From Octopus sinensis (lineage: Eukaryota): a DNA stretch of 64,000 nt. This document shows positions 1-11,860 of the stretch, one piece after another. Position numbers and translations under genes: made by a program. The DNA lies in contig NC_043010.1 of NCBI RefSeq assembly GCF_006345805.1, positions 55,428,001 to 55,492,000 of the forward strand, in the 5' to 3' direction. The notes under the pieces were generated by a model. The model searched no databases, was not told the origin of the DNA, and worked only from the letters and a program-made list of their open reading frames with translations. How positions within the stretch are numbered: position 1 is the first letter of the stretch; each line of letters begins with the position of its first letter.

Positions 1-2
1 TT

Positions 3-218
3 AAGGCGGCTAGCCGGTAGAATCGTAAGCACGCCGGTCAAAATGCTTAACAGCATTTCGTCCGTCCTTATGTTCTGCGTTCAAATTCTGCCATGGTCGA
101 CTTTGACTTTTATCCTTTCGAGATTGATAAAATACGAACCAAATTCACACTGACTCGATGTAATCGACTTAACTCCTCCGCCGAAATTGCTGGCCATGTG
201 CTAAAATTTAAAACCAAT
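3..218 (+). mobile_element. tRNA-type SINE, family A (Nin/Deu-like core)
   Basis: Head aaggcggc-agc-ggtagaatcgtaagcac, B-box-like gttcaaattc, core ggtcgactttgacttttatcctttcgagattgataaaat; about 18 copies recur in the window. Confidence 0.8.
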
Positions 219-799
219 ATAAATTACTTTTGTCTTTTTGAATCAAACGAAGACTACCCTACTACCGAGTCTTTTCAATCTTTAATCGCCAAAACGCCTC
301 CTTGATAAATAAAATTAAAAAATCGTTGTTTATATGAGAAATCACAGCTGGTGTTCATATTTTCAAAGAAAATGGCGGATAGGATTCTTAAAGAAAACAA
401 CTAAAATCTTGGCGCATTTCGGTACACTGCCATAATTTCTAAATTCACTTATAGGCCATGCTTTCAACTTTTTTAGTAGATCGATAAAATAAATATAAAT
501 CAACGACTAAAATCGATTTAATTGACTACATTCCTCCCTCCGATAAAGTATTTTCTCCTACGCTTCTATTAGAAATCGATATTAGGTTTAGGCCTAAACG
601 TGGCTATTTCAAATACGTTACGTTCGTTTGTTGATCAGCTTGTTTGTCATCACTGCATCCGTCGTTTAATATTTTTTTTTTTGCCTTCCTTTGTTTAGCA
701 TCTGAATTTCTTCTGTCCGCTGGATTGGATCGTCTTCATCAGCAACTGTGAATATGTTTCGACATCAATATTCAGCCGTCTCACAACGGTCATTGTCAT

Positions 800-829
800 C
801 TTCATCCATCATCATAATCATCATCATCA

Positions 830-861
<32 letters not shown>

Positions 862-1670
862 CACCATCATCAACGTCATCATCAACGTCATCATCATCAT
901 TATCACAATCATCATGATCATCACCGCCATCATCATCATCACCACCATCATCACCATCATCATCATCATCTTCATCATCATCGTCATCATCATCATCATC
1001 ATCATCACCACCACCACCATCATCATCATCATCACCACCATGATCATCCCTACCACCATCACCATCATCATCATCACCATCAACATCATCATCACAATCA
1101 TCATAATCATCATCATCAACACCACCACCACCATGATCACCATCATCATCACAATCATCATCATCATCACCACCACCACCATCATCATCATCATCTCCAC
1201 CACCATCATCATCACCATAACTACCACCACCACCACCACCACCACCAACATCATCATCATCATCATAGTCATAGTTGTCGTCGTCGTCAACGTCACCATC
1301 ATTATCAACGCTGTCGTCGTCACCACCGTCGTCGTTATATCAGTCCTCATAGTAGTCATCATCATCATACTCATTGATATCATCGTCATTATTATCGTAA
1401 ACATAGTCATTATCTTCGTCGTCGTCGTCGTCCTTGTCATCGTTGTAGCCTTCTTCTCTTCATTTTCTCCTCTTCATCTCATTTTTATCGTCATCATCAT
1501 TCTCACCATCATTATCGTCGTCCTCGTCGTCGTCGTAGTGATTGTCATCACCGTAGCCTTCTTCTCTTCCCTTTCTCCACTTCATCTCATTTTTATCGTC
1601 ATCATCATCCTCATCATCATCATCGTCGTCGTCGTCATCTTCAACATCATTATCGTCATTGTCGTCGTGG
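800..1670. repeat. Compound (CAT)/(CAC)/(CGT)n trinucleotide block with an internal ~110-bp duplication
   Basis: Seen directly; gtagccttcttctcttc...catctcatttttatcgtcatcatc occurs twice (~1445 and ~1555); source of the His/Ile/Met-rich ORFs. Confidence 0.95.
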
Positions 1671-2090
1671 TTACATAATCTCTGTTGCATCACGACTACG
1701 TATTCCTGATAATGATTTAATGTCAGATAACAAGCGAACGAGAACATGAAACCAGAAACCGCTGGTTACAAACTCATTTATTAGTAAATCAAAACGAAGA
1801 CCGTCTCTACCCTCACAACCATTCTCTTACCTTCCTTACTACCATTTCTGTTCTTATTCATATTGTTGCTTTTTCTCCATATTTCATTTTTAACGTTTGG
1901 CTGACTACATCAGGAGCAGGTATAGCTTCAAGGTAACATAGTTAACTTCGCAACTACGTGGTTTCAAGTTCGCCCTTGCTATGTGATATTTTGGGCAAAT
2001 GTCCTTCTCGTTTACTTTTGGGACCGAGCAATATTCGTAGGTAAATTTGGTTGACGGAAAACTGCATCGAAGTATATGTATATGTACTTG

Positions 2091-2248
2091 CCGAAATTTC
2101 GAGGATAATTTGGTGCTTGACTGATGATGGAAAACGTCGCATGACCCGTCTTTGTTTTCTTTGTATCGTCTATTTGGATGTTTTGCTGTCCCTTTTTGTA
2201 TCACCTAGCTGTCTGGGTGTTTTCCGTTCTTTTCTCATTTTGTATTTC
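2091..2248 (+). mobile_element. Short non-coding repeat ending in (TA)n, copy 1 (copy 2 at 43217-43372)
   Basis: ccgaaatttcgaggataatttggtgcttgactgatga...tgtatcgtctatttggatgttttg aligns to 43217-43372; both run into (TA)n. Confidence 0.7.
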
Positions 2249-2249
<1 letters not shown>

Positions 2250-2280
<31 letters not shown>

Positions 2281-2303
2281 ATGTGTGTGTGTGTGTGTGT
2301 ATT

Positions 2304-2366
<63 letters not shown>

Positions 2367-2371
2367 GGATG

Positions 2372-2470
<99 letters not shown>
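2250..2470. repeat. (TA)n/(TG)n/(GATA)n microsatellite
   Basis: Seen directly. Confidence 0.95.
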
Positions 2471-2750
2471 TCCCTTCGGTCCTGAATGACCATGGGATTG
2501 CACCTAAAACGATCCCTTCCGAGGTACAAGTCCGGGAGATTTGTTTATGGAAAACCAGCAGGCACCCGTGTATACCACGTCATCGACAGAGCTTGGCACC
2601 ATTGACGTCGCAACTCATTTCTACAGATGAGTGAACTGGAGCAACGTATAATAAAGGTATTTGCTCAATTAAACAAACACAGCCCGGCCATCGAGCTTTA
2701 GAGCTCATGATTGTGGGCCTGACTCTCTAACCGCTGAGCCATGTGCCTTC
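2470..2750 (-). mobile_element. tRNA-derived SINE, family E
   Basis: Reverse strand starts gtgaaggcacatggctcagcggttagag (A box), then ttgagcaaatacc...gttgctccagttcactcatctgtagaaatgag central domain. Confidence 0.6.
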
Positions 2751-3035
2751 ACACTTACACATATGTACACATATAACTGTGTGTGTGTTTGTGTGTGTGT
2801 GTACACGCTTATACACAACTTCTAGCATTTTGGCAAAAGCTAGTAATAGAACGGGTACCAGAATTAAAATGAAAATACATACGGGTGCGGATTTGTTCTA
2901 TTTATACACTTCAACGTGTTGCCGTTTTATGGCCGCCAACCGATTGAGTGAAACAAGCAAAAAAACAAAAGCCAGATAAAAGAGAAACGATTTGATTATT
3001 TGTTTTCTGTTCTTTTATCATTGATCAATTATCAG

Positions 3036-3088
3036 CTAGTGCCATTAAGAAAATAGATGTGACAGGTTATTTAGCGAAACGTCGTCTA
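3036..3088 (+). CDS. Candidate exon E1 (53 nt, phase 1 to 0): xSAIKKIDVTGYLAKRRL
   Basis: Pyrimidine tract + atcag acceptor, CTA|gtaagt donor, open frame, phase fits E2; protein not recognised. Confidence 0.4.
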
Positions 3089-3250
3089 GTAAGTTGTTAC
3101 TCATTATTGATACACCATTAGATGGTCAGAAATATCGTTAAGAAAGAAATATATATAAATATATATAAAACAAATAGACTGACAAGAGAAAAATGAATCG
3201 TAAAATAGGAAATATATTATTGTTTTTGTATAAGTTATTGTTGTTGTGAA

Positions 3251-3385
3251 GCCAGCGAGGTAACATAATCGTTAGCACTTCGGGCAGAATGTTTAGCGGC
3301 GTTTCATCCAGCTTTATGGTCTCACTTAAAATTCTTCTTAGCTGGACGATTCTGTCTTTCATCGTTGCGGCAATCGATAAAATAG
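3251..3385 (+). mobile_element. SINE family A, degenerate
   Basis: gccagcgaggtaacataatcgttagcac head; tctttcatcgttgcggcaatcgataaaata core. Confidence 0.55.
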
Positions 3386-3411
3386 GCCGGCGAGCTGACG
3401 ATATATATATA

Positions 3412-3485
<74 letters not shown>

Positions 3486-3548
3486 CAGACACACACATAC
3501 ACACACATACATATATATATATATATAATATATGTATATACACACATC

Positions 3549-3708
3549 TCGGGCTTGTTTCAGTTTCCGTCTACCTATTCCACCCACAAGGGTTTGGTCT
3601 GCCCGAAGCTACAGTAGAAGACACTCGCCCAAGTTACTACGCAATGCGACTGAACCTGGAACCATGTGGAAGGGAAGTAAGCTTCTCACCACGCAGCCAC
3701 GCCTGCCC
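3549..3708 (-). mobile_element. tRNA-derived SINE, family C (CORE-like), short form
   Basis: Reverse strand gcaggcgtggctgcgtggtgagaagctt...ttccaggttcagtcgca...cttgggcgagtgtcttctactgtagc; matches 27047-27210. Confidence 0.8.
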
Positions 3709-4180
3709 CTATAATGTAGTTATTGCCGTATTGTTTGAAATACTACAAATTTAAACGTCCCCAAATAGTTGCCAAACGTCGATTCCTTAGCGCCGACACA
3801 GCATCGATAGCTAACGAATAAGTTTTCCATCCAATGCTGTATTAATAGCGACTTTGTATGTAACTGAAACAAATTCCCTCCATAGACATACTGAAAGAAT
3901 TCTGACGCAAACGGGGTCTGTCGCAAGAGAGCGGATGTGAAACAATGTGTTATTCATTGATGCTGCACATCAGTTATCTAGCAACGATAGGTATTAGGAA
4001 CGAAGCTGACCCATACATAAACCAAATCATAAGTCATATACATGCATGCAAGGATGGACATATAACTGTATACATACAACCACACACAGAGAGACTAACA
4101 CACAAGCAGGAGTAATGGACAGTGCACATTTAATAGAATATGTAAGACAAGTAAAACACAAAAGATGAAAGCAGATCAGT

Positions 4181-4579
4181 ATATATACCCAAAGCACATA
4201 GCACTACTTTGAAGTTATCAGGGAAGACACTGTATGATAAAACTGCTAGCCGCATCGTCATCATTATGATAATAATGATTATAACAATAATTATGATGGT
4301 TTGAAATTTTGGCACAAGAGGTGGGGGCAAGACCATTATATCGACACTAGTGGTAATTTATGTTATCGACTCCGAAATGATAAAAGGCAAATTCATTCTC
4401 AGCGGAATGTGAATTTAGAATGTAAAGACGGACGAAATACTGTTAACTATTTTGCCCTACTGCTACCGAATCAGCCAATAATAATAATAATAATAATAAG
4501 ACGATAAGGCTAGCAGTTTTATTATACAGTGTCTTCCCTTATAATTTCAAAGTACTGCTATGTGCTTTGGGTATATATA
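4181..4579. repeat. 79-bp inverted repeat (4181-4259 / 4500-4579) enclosing a family A SINE
   Basis: 6 mismatches in 79 bp by manual alignment; arms resemble the RLE-LINE 3' end at 39487-39570. Confidence 0.85.
4297..4477 (-). mobile_element. SINE family A, degenerate
   Basis: ttatcgactccgaaatgataaaaggcaaa is the reverse of the family core; (AAT)-rich flanks. Confidence 0.65.
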
Positions 4580-4584
4580 ACATT

Positions 4585-5150
4585 GCCCTGATGCAGTATC
4601 AGGCAGTGGATCTCGTGGCTCCTGATCTTAACTGATTGGAAGTGTTATCATGTACATTGTTTTGTCTTGGTATAAAAGGTGGGCTACAGCAAATATTCTG
4701 CTCAATACCACAGATTTGCTTGTCAGTTGTTTGACCTTAACCAGTTGACCATGTCAATTAGTGGCTGAGGATATGTGCATCTCTGATCATGAGTAGAAGT
4801 AGTGGGGGAGCATCATAGCCATGTGTTGAGAGGGATTCTTTGGAGTTTGAATAGTTCACCTCTGGAAACTCGGGTGTTTCGTTCAACATCATTAAACAAC
4901 CCTTATTCAGGGACCTTTTGAGTGGGATGGGTTACTCGACCAGAAGAAAATTCTAACTGGGCCCCACCTGTAAGGTCATGCGCTGTTTTTCTTGATATGA
5001 GATCACCATGTCGCGCACACATGGTTGGGATGCATGTGCCTGGTGTACCCTTATCAGACGGGTAGTCATGATGGGTATACTGGGCTTCGTATATTTTACC
5101 CCAGTGTCACTTTGATGGCATGCACTGCTCTCTCACTCAATAATAATAAT
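4585..5150 (+). mobile_element. Unclassified ~570-bp non-coding element ending in (AAT)n
   Basis: More GC-rich than flanks, ends ctctcactc(aat)n; single copy here, so repeat status is inferred. Confidence 0.35.
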
Positions 5151-5182
5151 AATAATGATAATAATAATAATAATAATAATAA

Positions 5183-5370
5183 TAATTTTGGTACAGGGTG
5201 ACCAATTTCATCGAGGCCCAGTGTTCAACTGGTACTTATTTTATCGACCTCCGGAAAGATGAAAGGCAAAGTCAATCTCGGAGGAATACTATCTTAGAAA
5301 ATAATGACGGACAAAATGACACTATGAAATTTTACCTGTCGTGCTAACAATCCTGCTAACTGTCCGCCTT
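5183..5370 (-). mobile_element. SINE family A
   Basis: actggtacttattttatcgacc...gatgaaaggcaaagtc; (AAT)n on both sides. Confidence 0.7.
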
Positions 5371-6361
5371 AATAATAACATGATGATAATAATAATAAAT
5401 CTTAGGAAACTACAGTTCTGGCGCTGAACAAGAAAAACTATATGAAACAGTTTTGTTTTCGTTCTTATCCTCCTTGTTTGTTCGCTTTTTGATTTTTTTA
5501 TGCTTTTCTTTTTTTTTTTGGTTCTCTTTTTCTTTTTTTTTTTTTTTTTTTTAGAAGAACCATCTTATTTGTAACATAAGCTTTTTTAATGTGTTACAGC
5601 AAACAATCTAAGTATGTTCTCTGATTATGTTAGGTAAAATAGTGGCGATGTTGATCATGAAAGGAGGAGGCACATGATGAAAGTGGGGGGGGGGGGGTAA
5701 AAAAAGATTGATGATGGGATGAATGGGCTGGTGGAGTAAAAGGAAGAGATAGAATGGCTGTGTATAAAGGTGGGTGGTATGTGTTTGTGGGAGGGGGGGG
5801 AGAAATACTTTAAATTACATCCAGATCTATGTCCAACATTGTCCCGCGATGATCAGATTTCCGACGTTAATGGACTGCAGTCGAATCACTTGAGTATACT
5901 ATACATCTACGTGTCCTTTTGTCTAATCAAAATTCATGAACAAACATATGTAGACCCACACTCCTAGATTTACACACACACACACGCACACACACACACA
6001 CACACACACAAAGACACATACACACGCACGCACACAAATACACACACAAGCGCGCGCGCACACACGCACACACATCACGCATAAGGATGCACGCCACACA
6101 CCGCACACAGTGTTTATAAATGTATGTGTATGTTTGCGTGAGTCGATGTGCGTTTGTTGCGAATGCGTGTATATTATATCCATATGTGTGTGTGTGTGTA
6201 TGTGAGTGTGTGTGTGTATACGCAAGCATATGTATATATATATAATCTGTATAAAAGTGCATCTAGCTTATATACAACGTATTTATGTATATTTCTTTCA
6301 ACGTATTCATATATGCGTCCTATCTCTCTCTATATATACATATATATATAGAGAGATTTAT

Positions 6362-6392
<31 letters not shown>

Positions 6393-6403
6393 CATATACA
6401 TGC

Positions 6404-6452
<49 letters not shown>

Positions 6453-6544
6453 TGCATCTAGCTTATATACAACGTATGTATGTATGCATCTATCTACGTA
6501 ACTATATGTGTCCTATCTCTCTCTCTTTATTTATCTATCTATCC

Positions 6545-6577
<33 letters not shown>

Positions 6578-7530
6578 ATTTATGAAGAAATGAATACGTA
6601 CACAGACATACACTGGCATACATTCATAAAGAGATGTACATACTTGCAACCAGAAACTCATGTGAAGCTGCGTATAACAGATTGAATTTCTCTGTCAGCA
6701 AATTTCCTGATTCTGCTATCGTTGTTTTCACTGCGTATCTTCGCCATTTTCATTCACGACACGTTAGTTCGAATAGAAACGCTTCCTCGATCAGATCGCA
6801 GTAGTGCGACGAGATATTCTAGCGTTTTTATAAAATACGTCACTCTTAATAAAGAAGCTAAGGTGAATCAAATAACCGGTGTGTGTGTTTTAAATGTTCA
6901 ACATAATAGAACACGCCCCGTACAATCTGTTGAAGCGTATACATAATAGTCTTAGCAATGCTATTAGCCACCGATCATATCGATGCACTATGCCCTACAG
7001 GGACGTTCGTTAGTCGTAGGAAGGTGGGCAAACAGCAGCCTTGAGGGCTTTCTTGAAAGAGAAGAAGCGTTGTCATATTTTAGCCTTACTACCTTTAATC
7101 CAGTGGCAAGATCAGGTCAAGACGATTGCGGATTGGGACCGATGTAGTGGATGGCCAAGATGAGTTACTTGCTCCGTCATAATCTGTTCATGCTGCGGCT
7201 GCCTTCCCCTCTGTTGAACCATAAATGTTTCTTCCGTAGAGTTCGCTGCGTTCAGTCTCTGCATGCATACGTACAAGAGACCTACAAGGCTTATTAACCG
7301 ATAGTTGAGACAATGACATGTGCTACTAATCCGCCTCATGTCTACGTACAAGGTCCCTACTAGGCTAATTAACCTATATTTAGGACAATGACAGATGGTA
7401 TTACGCCGGGGCTGAGTAGACCTGGGAATATATTTCGTTTAAAAATGGCTCCTGAAAATCCCCAAAATCTCGAAATGGAGGCCCACTGCTGTATACAGTT
7501 GAAAGTCACCCCCGGTAACGACTGCATGAT

Positions 7531-7697
7531 ATTTATTTCGTCTGTCTACGTTCTGAGTTCAAATTCCGCAGAGGTCGACTTTGCCTTTCATCCTTTCGGG
7601 GTCGATATATTAAGTACCAGTTGCGTATTGGGGGCGATCTAATCGACTGGATCCCTCCCCAAAGATTTCGGGTCTTGTGCCTAGATTAGAAACGCAT
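7531..7697 (+). mobile_element. SINE family A lacking its 5' head
   Basis: atttcgtctgtctacgttctgagttcaaattccgcagaggtcgactttgcctttcatcctttcggggtcgata. Confidence 0.8.
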
Positions 7698-8357
7698 ATT
7701 AGTGGTACCGAAAAATAATAGCGCATTTTATATACTAAGTTCTAATCAGCATAAAATAATTCGTTTAAAAATGGCTCCTGAAAACCCCCAAAAATCGCGA
7801 AATAGATACCCACTGTCGTATACAGTTGAAAGTCATACCCCTGGTAACGGTTACATAATATTTATTTGCTGAAAGCCATCTACAATATATGTAAATCAGA
7901 TCTGTCCCTCATCTCTAGAACATTGGGGCTCCTGAGCAATCCCTTATTCGAACACACCTTATTCGGATGCCTTATTCGAATGTCTTATTCGAGCCTTATT
8001 CGAACGTACTTGATATATTTGCGCTTACAAATACTCAATCGCAATAAAATCCATTTTATTTTACAGTCTTTGCTACTTGAAAAATACTTTAGTAGTCAGC
8101 ATTATCTGCTGTTTCTTAGCCAAATTCAGCATCTTCAATAATTTACCAATCTAACTTTTCTGTCTTTAAGATATTAAAGCGTTAATGGCTAATTCTTAAA
8201 GAAATATATTATCGTACAAGATATAATGTTCACTTGAATGCTTAAAATGATATAAGGTTCTTCAAAATTATATATCATTTCAATAAAATTATAAAAATAC
8301 CTTCATTTGATAACTGATTATTTATGTCACTAATACATTGTTTTTATTATTTTACAG

Positions 8358-8397
8358 GTAAGAAAGATGTTAATGATACGAGTAGACTCGAGAATTG
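8358..8397 (+). CDS. Candidate exon E2 (40 nt, phase 0 to 1): VRKMLMIRVDSRI; starts with a 5' splice-site-like GTAAGA
   Basis: tttttattattttacag|GTAAGAAAG...AATTG|gtaaga. Confidence 0.45.
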
Positions 8398-8751
8398 GTA
8401 AGAGCATGTCATGTTTTTATCGATGCTTACTTCAAAACTAATTTTCGTCATGTTGGTTATTTATTTTTTGGTGGGTGATGGTATCGAGAATACTTCCTTT
8501 CCCGTTAATTTTTTCCCCAAGTTCATTTGGATTCTTCAGTGTGGTAGGTTCGCACAATTGGTATAGCGCCATACAGAACAACTTTCTGTATTAAGTTAGG
8601 TCAATTTATGTTCTTCTTTTCTTTTGTTTATTTGAAGCCGAGGTAAACAAGTCTATTTATTCTTCTAGGATCGTGAAAGGAAATGCCAGTTAAGTAGTAA
8701 AATAGATACAATTGATTGTAACCCTTCCTCATAATGACGGACTATTACTCT

Positions 8752-8948
8752 TCACTCTTTACTCTTTTATTTGTTTCAGTCGTGTGACTGTGGCCATGCT
8801 GGAGCACTGCCTTTAGTCGAGCAAATCAACCCCAGGACTTATTCTTTGTTAGCCTAGTACTTATTGTATCGTTCTCTTTTGCCGAACCGCTAAGTTACGG
8901 GGATGCAAACACACCAGCATCGGCTGTCAAGCGATGTTGGGGGTACAA

Positions 8949-9007
<59 letters not shown>

Positions 9008-9243
9008 TATACATATACATATATACGATGGACTTCTTGGTGGAGACAAACACATACACACAAACATACACACACATATATATATACATATATACGACGG
9101 GCTTCTTTCAGTTTCCGTCTACGAAATCCACTCACAAGGATTTGGTCGGCCTGAGGTTATAGTAGAAGGCATTTGACCAAGGTGCCACGCAGTGGGACTG
9201 AACCGGAACTATATGGCCCGTAAGCAAGCTACTTGCCACACAG
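8752..9243 (-). mobile_element. SINE family C, long form with internal (TA)/(CA) microsatellite
   Basis: Head as in 27047; 3' part gactaaaggcagtgctccagcatggccacagtc...gtaaaagagtgaagag; matches 47872-48400. Confidence 0.85.
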
Positions 9244-10685
9244 CTTTTGATCTATGTGTATTTGGTAATAAAAAACTGTCAGAGGTATTAGGGTTATTGA
9301 CTCAATGAAAGATTATTTTCTCAAACAAAACATGGGAAACAGAACAGTCAAAATGTGAATCAACATCAATTGAAATACAACAAATTGATGTTGTGCGATG
9401 TTTGATAACTGTGATGTAAATAATGGTGAAAATTTATCAGACAAATATCAGCTTCCATCAGATGCAAACAAACGTATGTATAAACAACACTATAGCCAGA
9501 GAAGTTCTAGCTTTGACCATTTCATCGTTCATATCTGAGGCATGCTTATCTTAGATGTGCCAGATACATTTCCTGGATTAGCGTGAATCCAACAACTATC
9601 GCGTAACCTGGGCTCATCAGGTGTTCCGAGTTTTTCAACGGAAGACATTCTCAACTAGCCAAACTAGCCGATTAGATACCGCAAACAAACTAGCAAACCA
9701 GGTTGATTTGGCACGGATCTGCATGACTTTGTACCCCGGCAGCACGTTTCCTCATCCATGGTTAACCACCGTTAATCATAATCCACCTGGTGGCTTTCTA
9801 TAACTTTATTTCGAGTCTGAAGGACACCATTACTTCCAACCCCTGCATCGTCTTCATACCACACTCCTTTGCTTGTATGATATGTTTACCAGACTCTGTT
9901 CTGACCCCTTTCCACGAATTCTCGGACCCATATCCATTTCTTCTCACAGATTTTGTCAATACATTTTTGGTAGCATACGTTAATTTGCAGCATGATCACC
10001 TGTTTCGATGGAACAATATTGGTATTTCTCTTCTTGAAGCCAGCAGTTTAAAATGTCATTTATATTATCCAGTCTTATTTACATATTATAGACTACATTA
10101 TTTACTTATGTTCTCCTGTATGTAATTAGATTCTGTATAATTTAAGAGATATTTCGCTACTATTTCCAGCTAGCAAAGTGATTGCTTATAGCGCTGTCTC
10201 TGTTTTGCAGATTTGATCGATTATCTGTCACACGAGCATTCATCTATGATTTCTTTGAACATAGACTGTGTCACAGATCTAAATAAAATCAAGTCTGGCC
10301 AATATAGATGTCAGCTTTCATACCCATCGAGACACAACAATGAACAGCCACTAAAATGCGTACAATGTTAAATCATATTATTCTTCAAACATGTTTTATC
10401 AAATGAATGTTGCTTTGGTTGCTGCTGTTGCTGTGGATGCTTCAAATTTTGTTGCTTCCACTGGCATTATTTAGCTGCAGGTCACCGCTGATCGAAAAGA
10501 CAGAACCGTATCTTTCATGCTTTACTTGCGTAATGTTCGGCGTAACGCCATTGTTCGGCGTAATGGACGAAGTTGAAAACAATTGCCCAGAATGGTTTGC
10601 TGTGGGACTGAACCAGAAACAACATAGGTTATAAAACGAAATTCTTAACAACACAGCTATGTCTTCGCTTGTATTAGGGGTACCG

Positions 10686-10885
10686 AAGGCGACGAGCTGG
10701 CAGAAACGTTATCACTCCGGGCGAAATGCGTAGCCGTATTTCGTCAGAGTTCAAATTCCGCCGGGGTCGATTTTGCCTTTTATCCTTCCGCGCTCGATAA
10801 AATGAATTCTGTTTGGAATCTGGGGGTTGAAGTAATCGACTTACTCCACCCCCGAACTCACTGGCCTTATCCGAAAATTTGAAAT
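10686..10885 (+). mobile_element. SINE family A
   Basis: aaggcgacgagctggcagaaacgtt...gagttcaaattccgccggggtcgattttgccttttatcc. Confidence 0.8.
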
Positions 10886-11689
10886 GTCAGTATATTGATA
10901 ATATAATACTCCATCAAATTCTTAGTGCCTTCTAGAGAGTTCCTTAATAAATGTTCTGTCGCCTACCCAGTCTACATGTAAACAATCTAGGTTATGCAAT
11001 CAGCATGATAGCGTAAAAGTAATAACAATGCTTTCCTTACTGTCAGTCTGCATGAATGACGAAATTCCGTTAACCACTTTGCTCGGCGTATAACGATTCT
11101 GCCGGCTCACCGACTTGCCCTATGCTATCGTATTTGAAAATATCATAGATAGGTCCAGAAGAAAGGCATAACCACACTAATTTTACATTATTTTCATTGT
11201 CTGCGTTCGTCCGTTTTCTTATTGTAAGAATCTCTAAGACGGCCTGTGTATACCCAAACCGTTTTTTAGTACCTACGTACACTCAAATGACGTAGGTGGT
11301 CGAACTGGGAGAAAAAAAATCTTTTTCGTACGAGTTTTCATTTCTAATTCAGATTATTCTGAATACGAGAACCATTTAATGTATAATAAACATTTTATAC
11401 CTAAAATGACTGGACTAATTCTCCATTAAAACAACAATAATATAAAAACAGCACGACGTTATAACAAGGTTTTCACCTGTTGACCGTCAGCTTAATAGTT
11501 TGACTTATTAATGATTCAGTTAGCAAGCAGGAGAGTAAATTAATTCATACAAAACGTACCAAGTTATTTCTTCTCCTATTTGCAGTCGAAAATCGAGGCA
11601 GATATATTTTTCTTTTCCTATGAATATTTTAGATTGTTTTTCTCCCACTCTATTTCACTTAATGTATTAATACCCTCCATCAAACCTTC

Positions 11690-11860
11690 TTCTTTTTCTT
11701 CCCCTTCTCCTCCTCCTCCTCCTTCTTCTTCTTCTTCCCCTTCTTCTTCTCTTCTTCTTCTTCTTCTTCTTCTTCTTCTTCTTCTTCTTCTTCTTCTTCT
11801 TCTTCTTCTCCTTCTTCTCTTCTTTTTCTTCTTCTCTTCTTCTCCTCCTCCTCCTTCTCT
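11690..11860. repeat. (TCT)/(TCC)n tract
   Basis: Seen directly; source of poly-Leu/poly-Arg ORFs. Confidence 0.95.

Noticed and set aside
699-747. Possible upstream exon after a strong pyrimidine tract
   Set aside because: Weak donor (ct|gtgaat) and two open frames, so no discrimination
728-766. Hammerhead core in type II order on the minus strand (GUC-GAAA-C-AUA...CUGAUGA-A-GAC)
   Set aside because: Stem I (uucacaguug) barely pairs and stem III is not palindromic; plausible by chance
748-1678. His-, Met- and Ile-rich ORFs of 209-254 aa
   Set aside because: All frames are open only because the DNA is a (CAT)/(CAC)n tract; no splice or domain support
6775-6836. Three-way-junction-like fold (aaacgct/agcgttt, tcgca/tgcga)
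   Set aside because: Core nucleotides do not match a hammerhead on either strand; single copy
9620-10060. Possible LINE remnant on the minus strand
   Set aside because: Only one vague motif; cannot be supported
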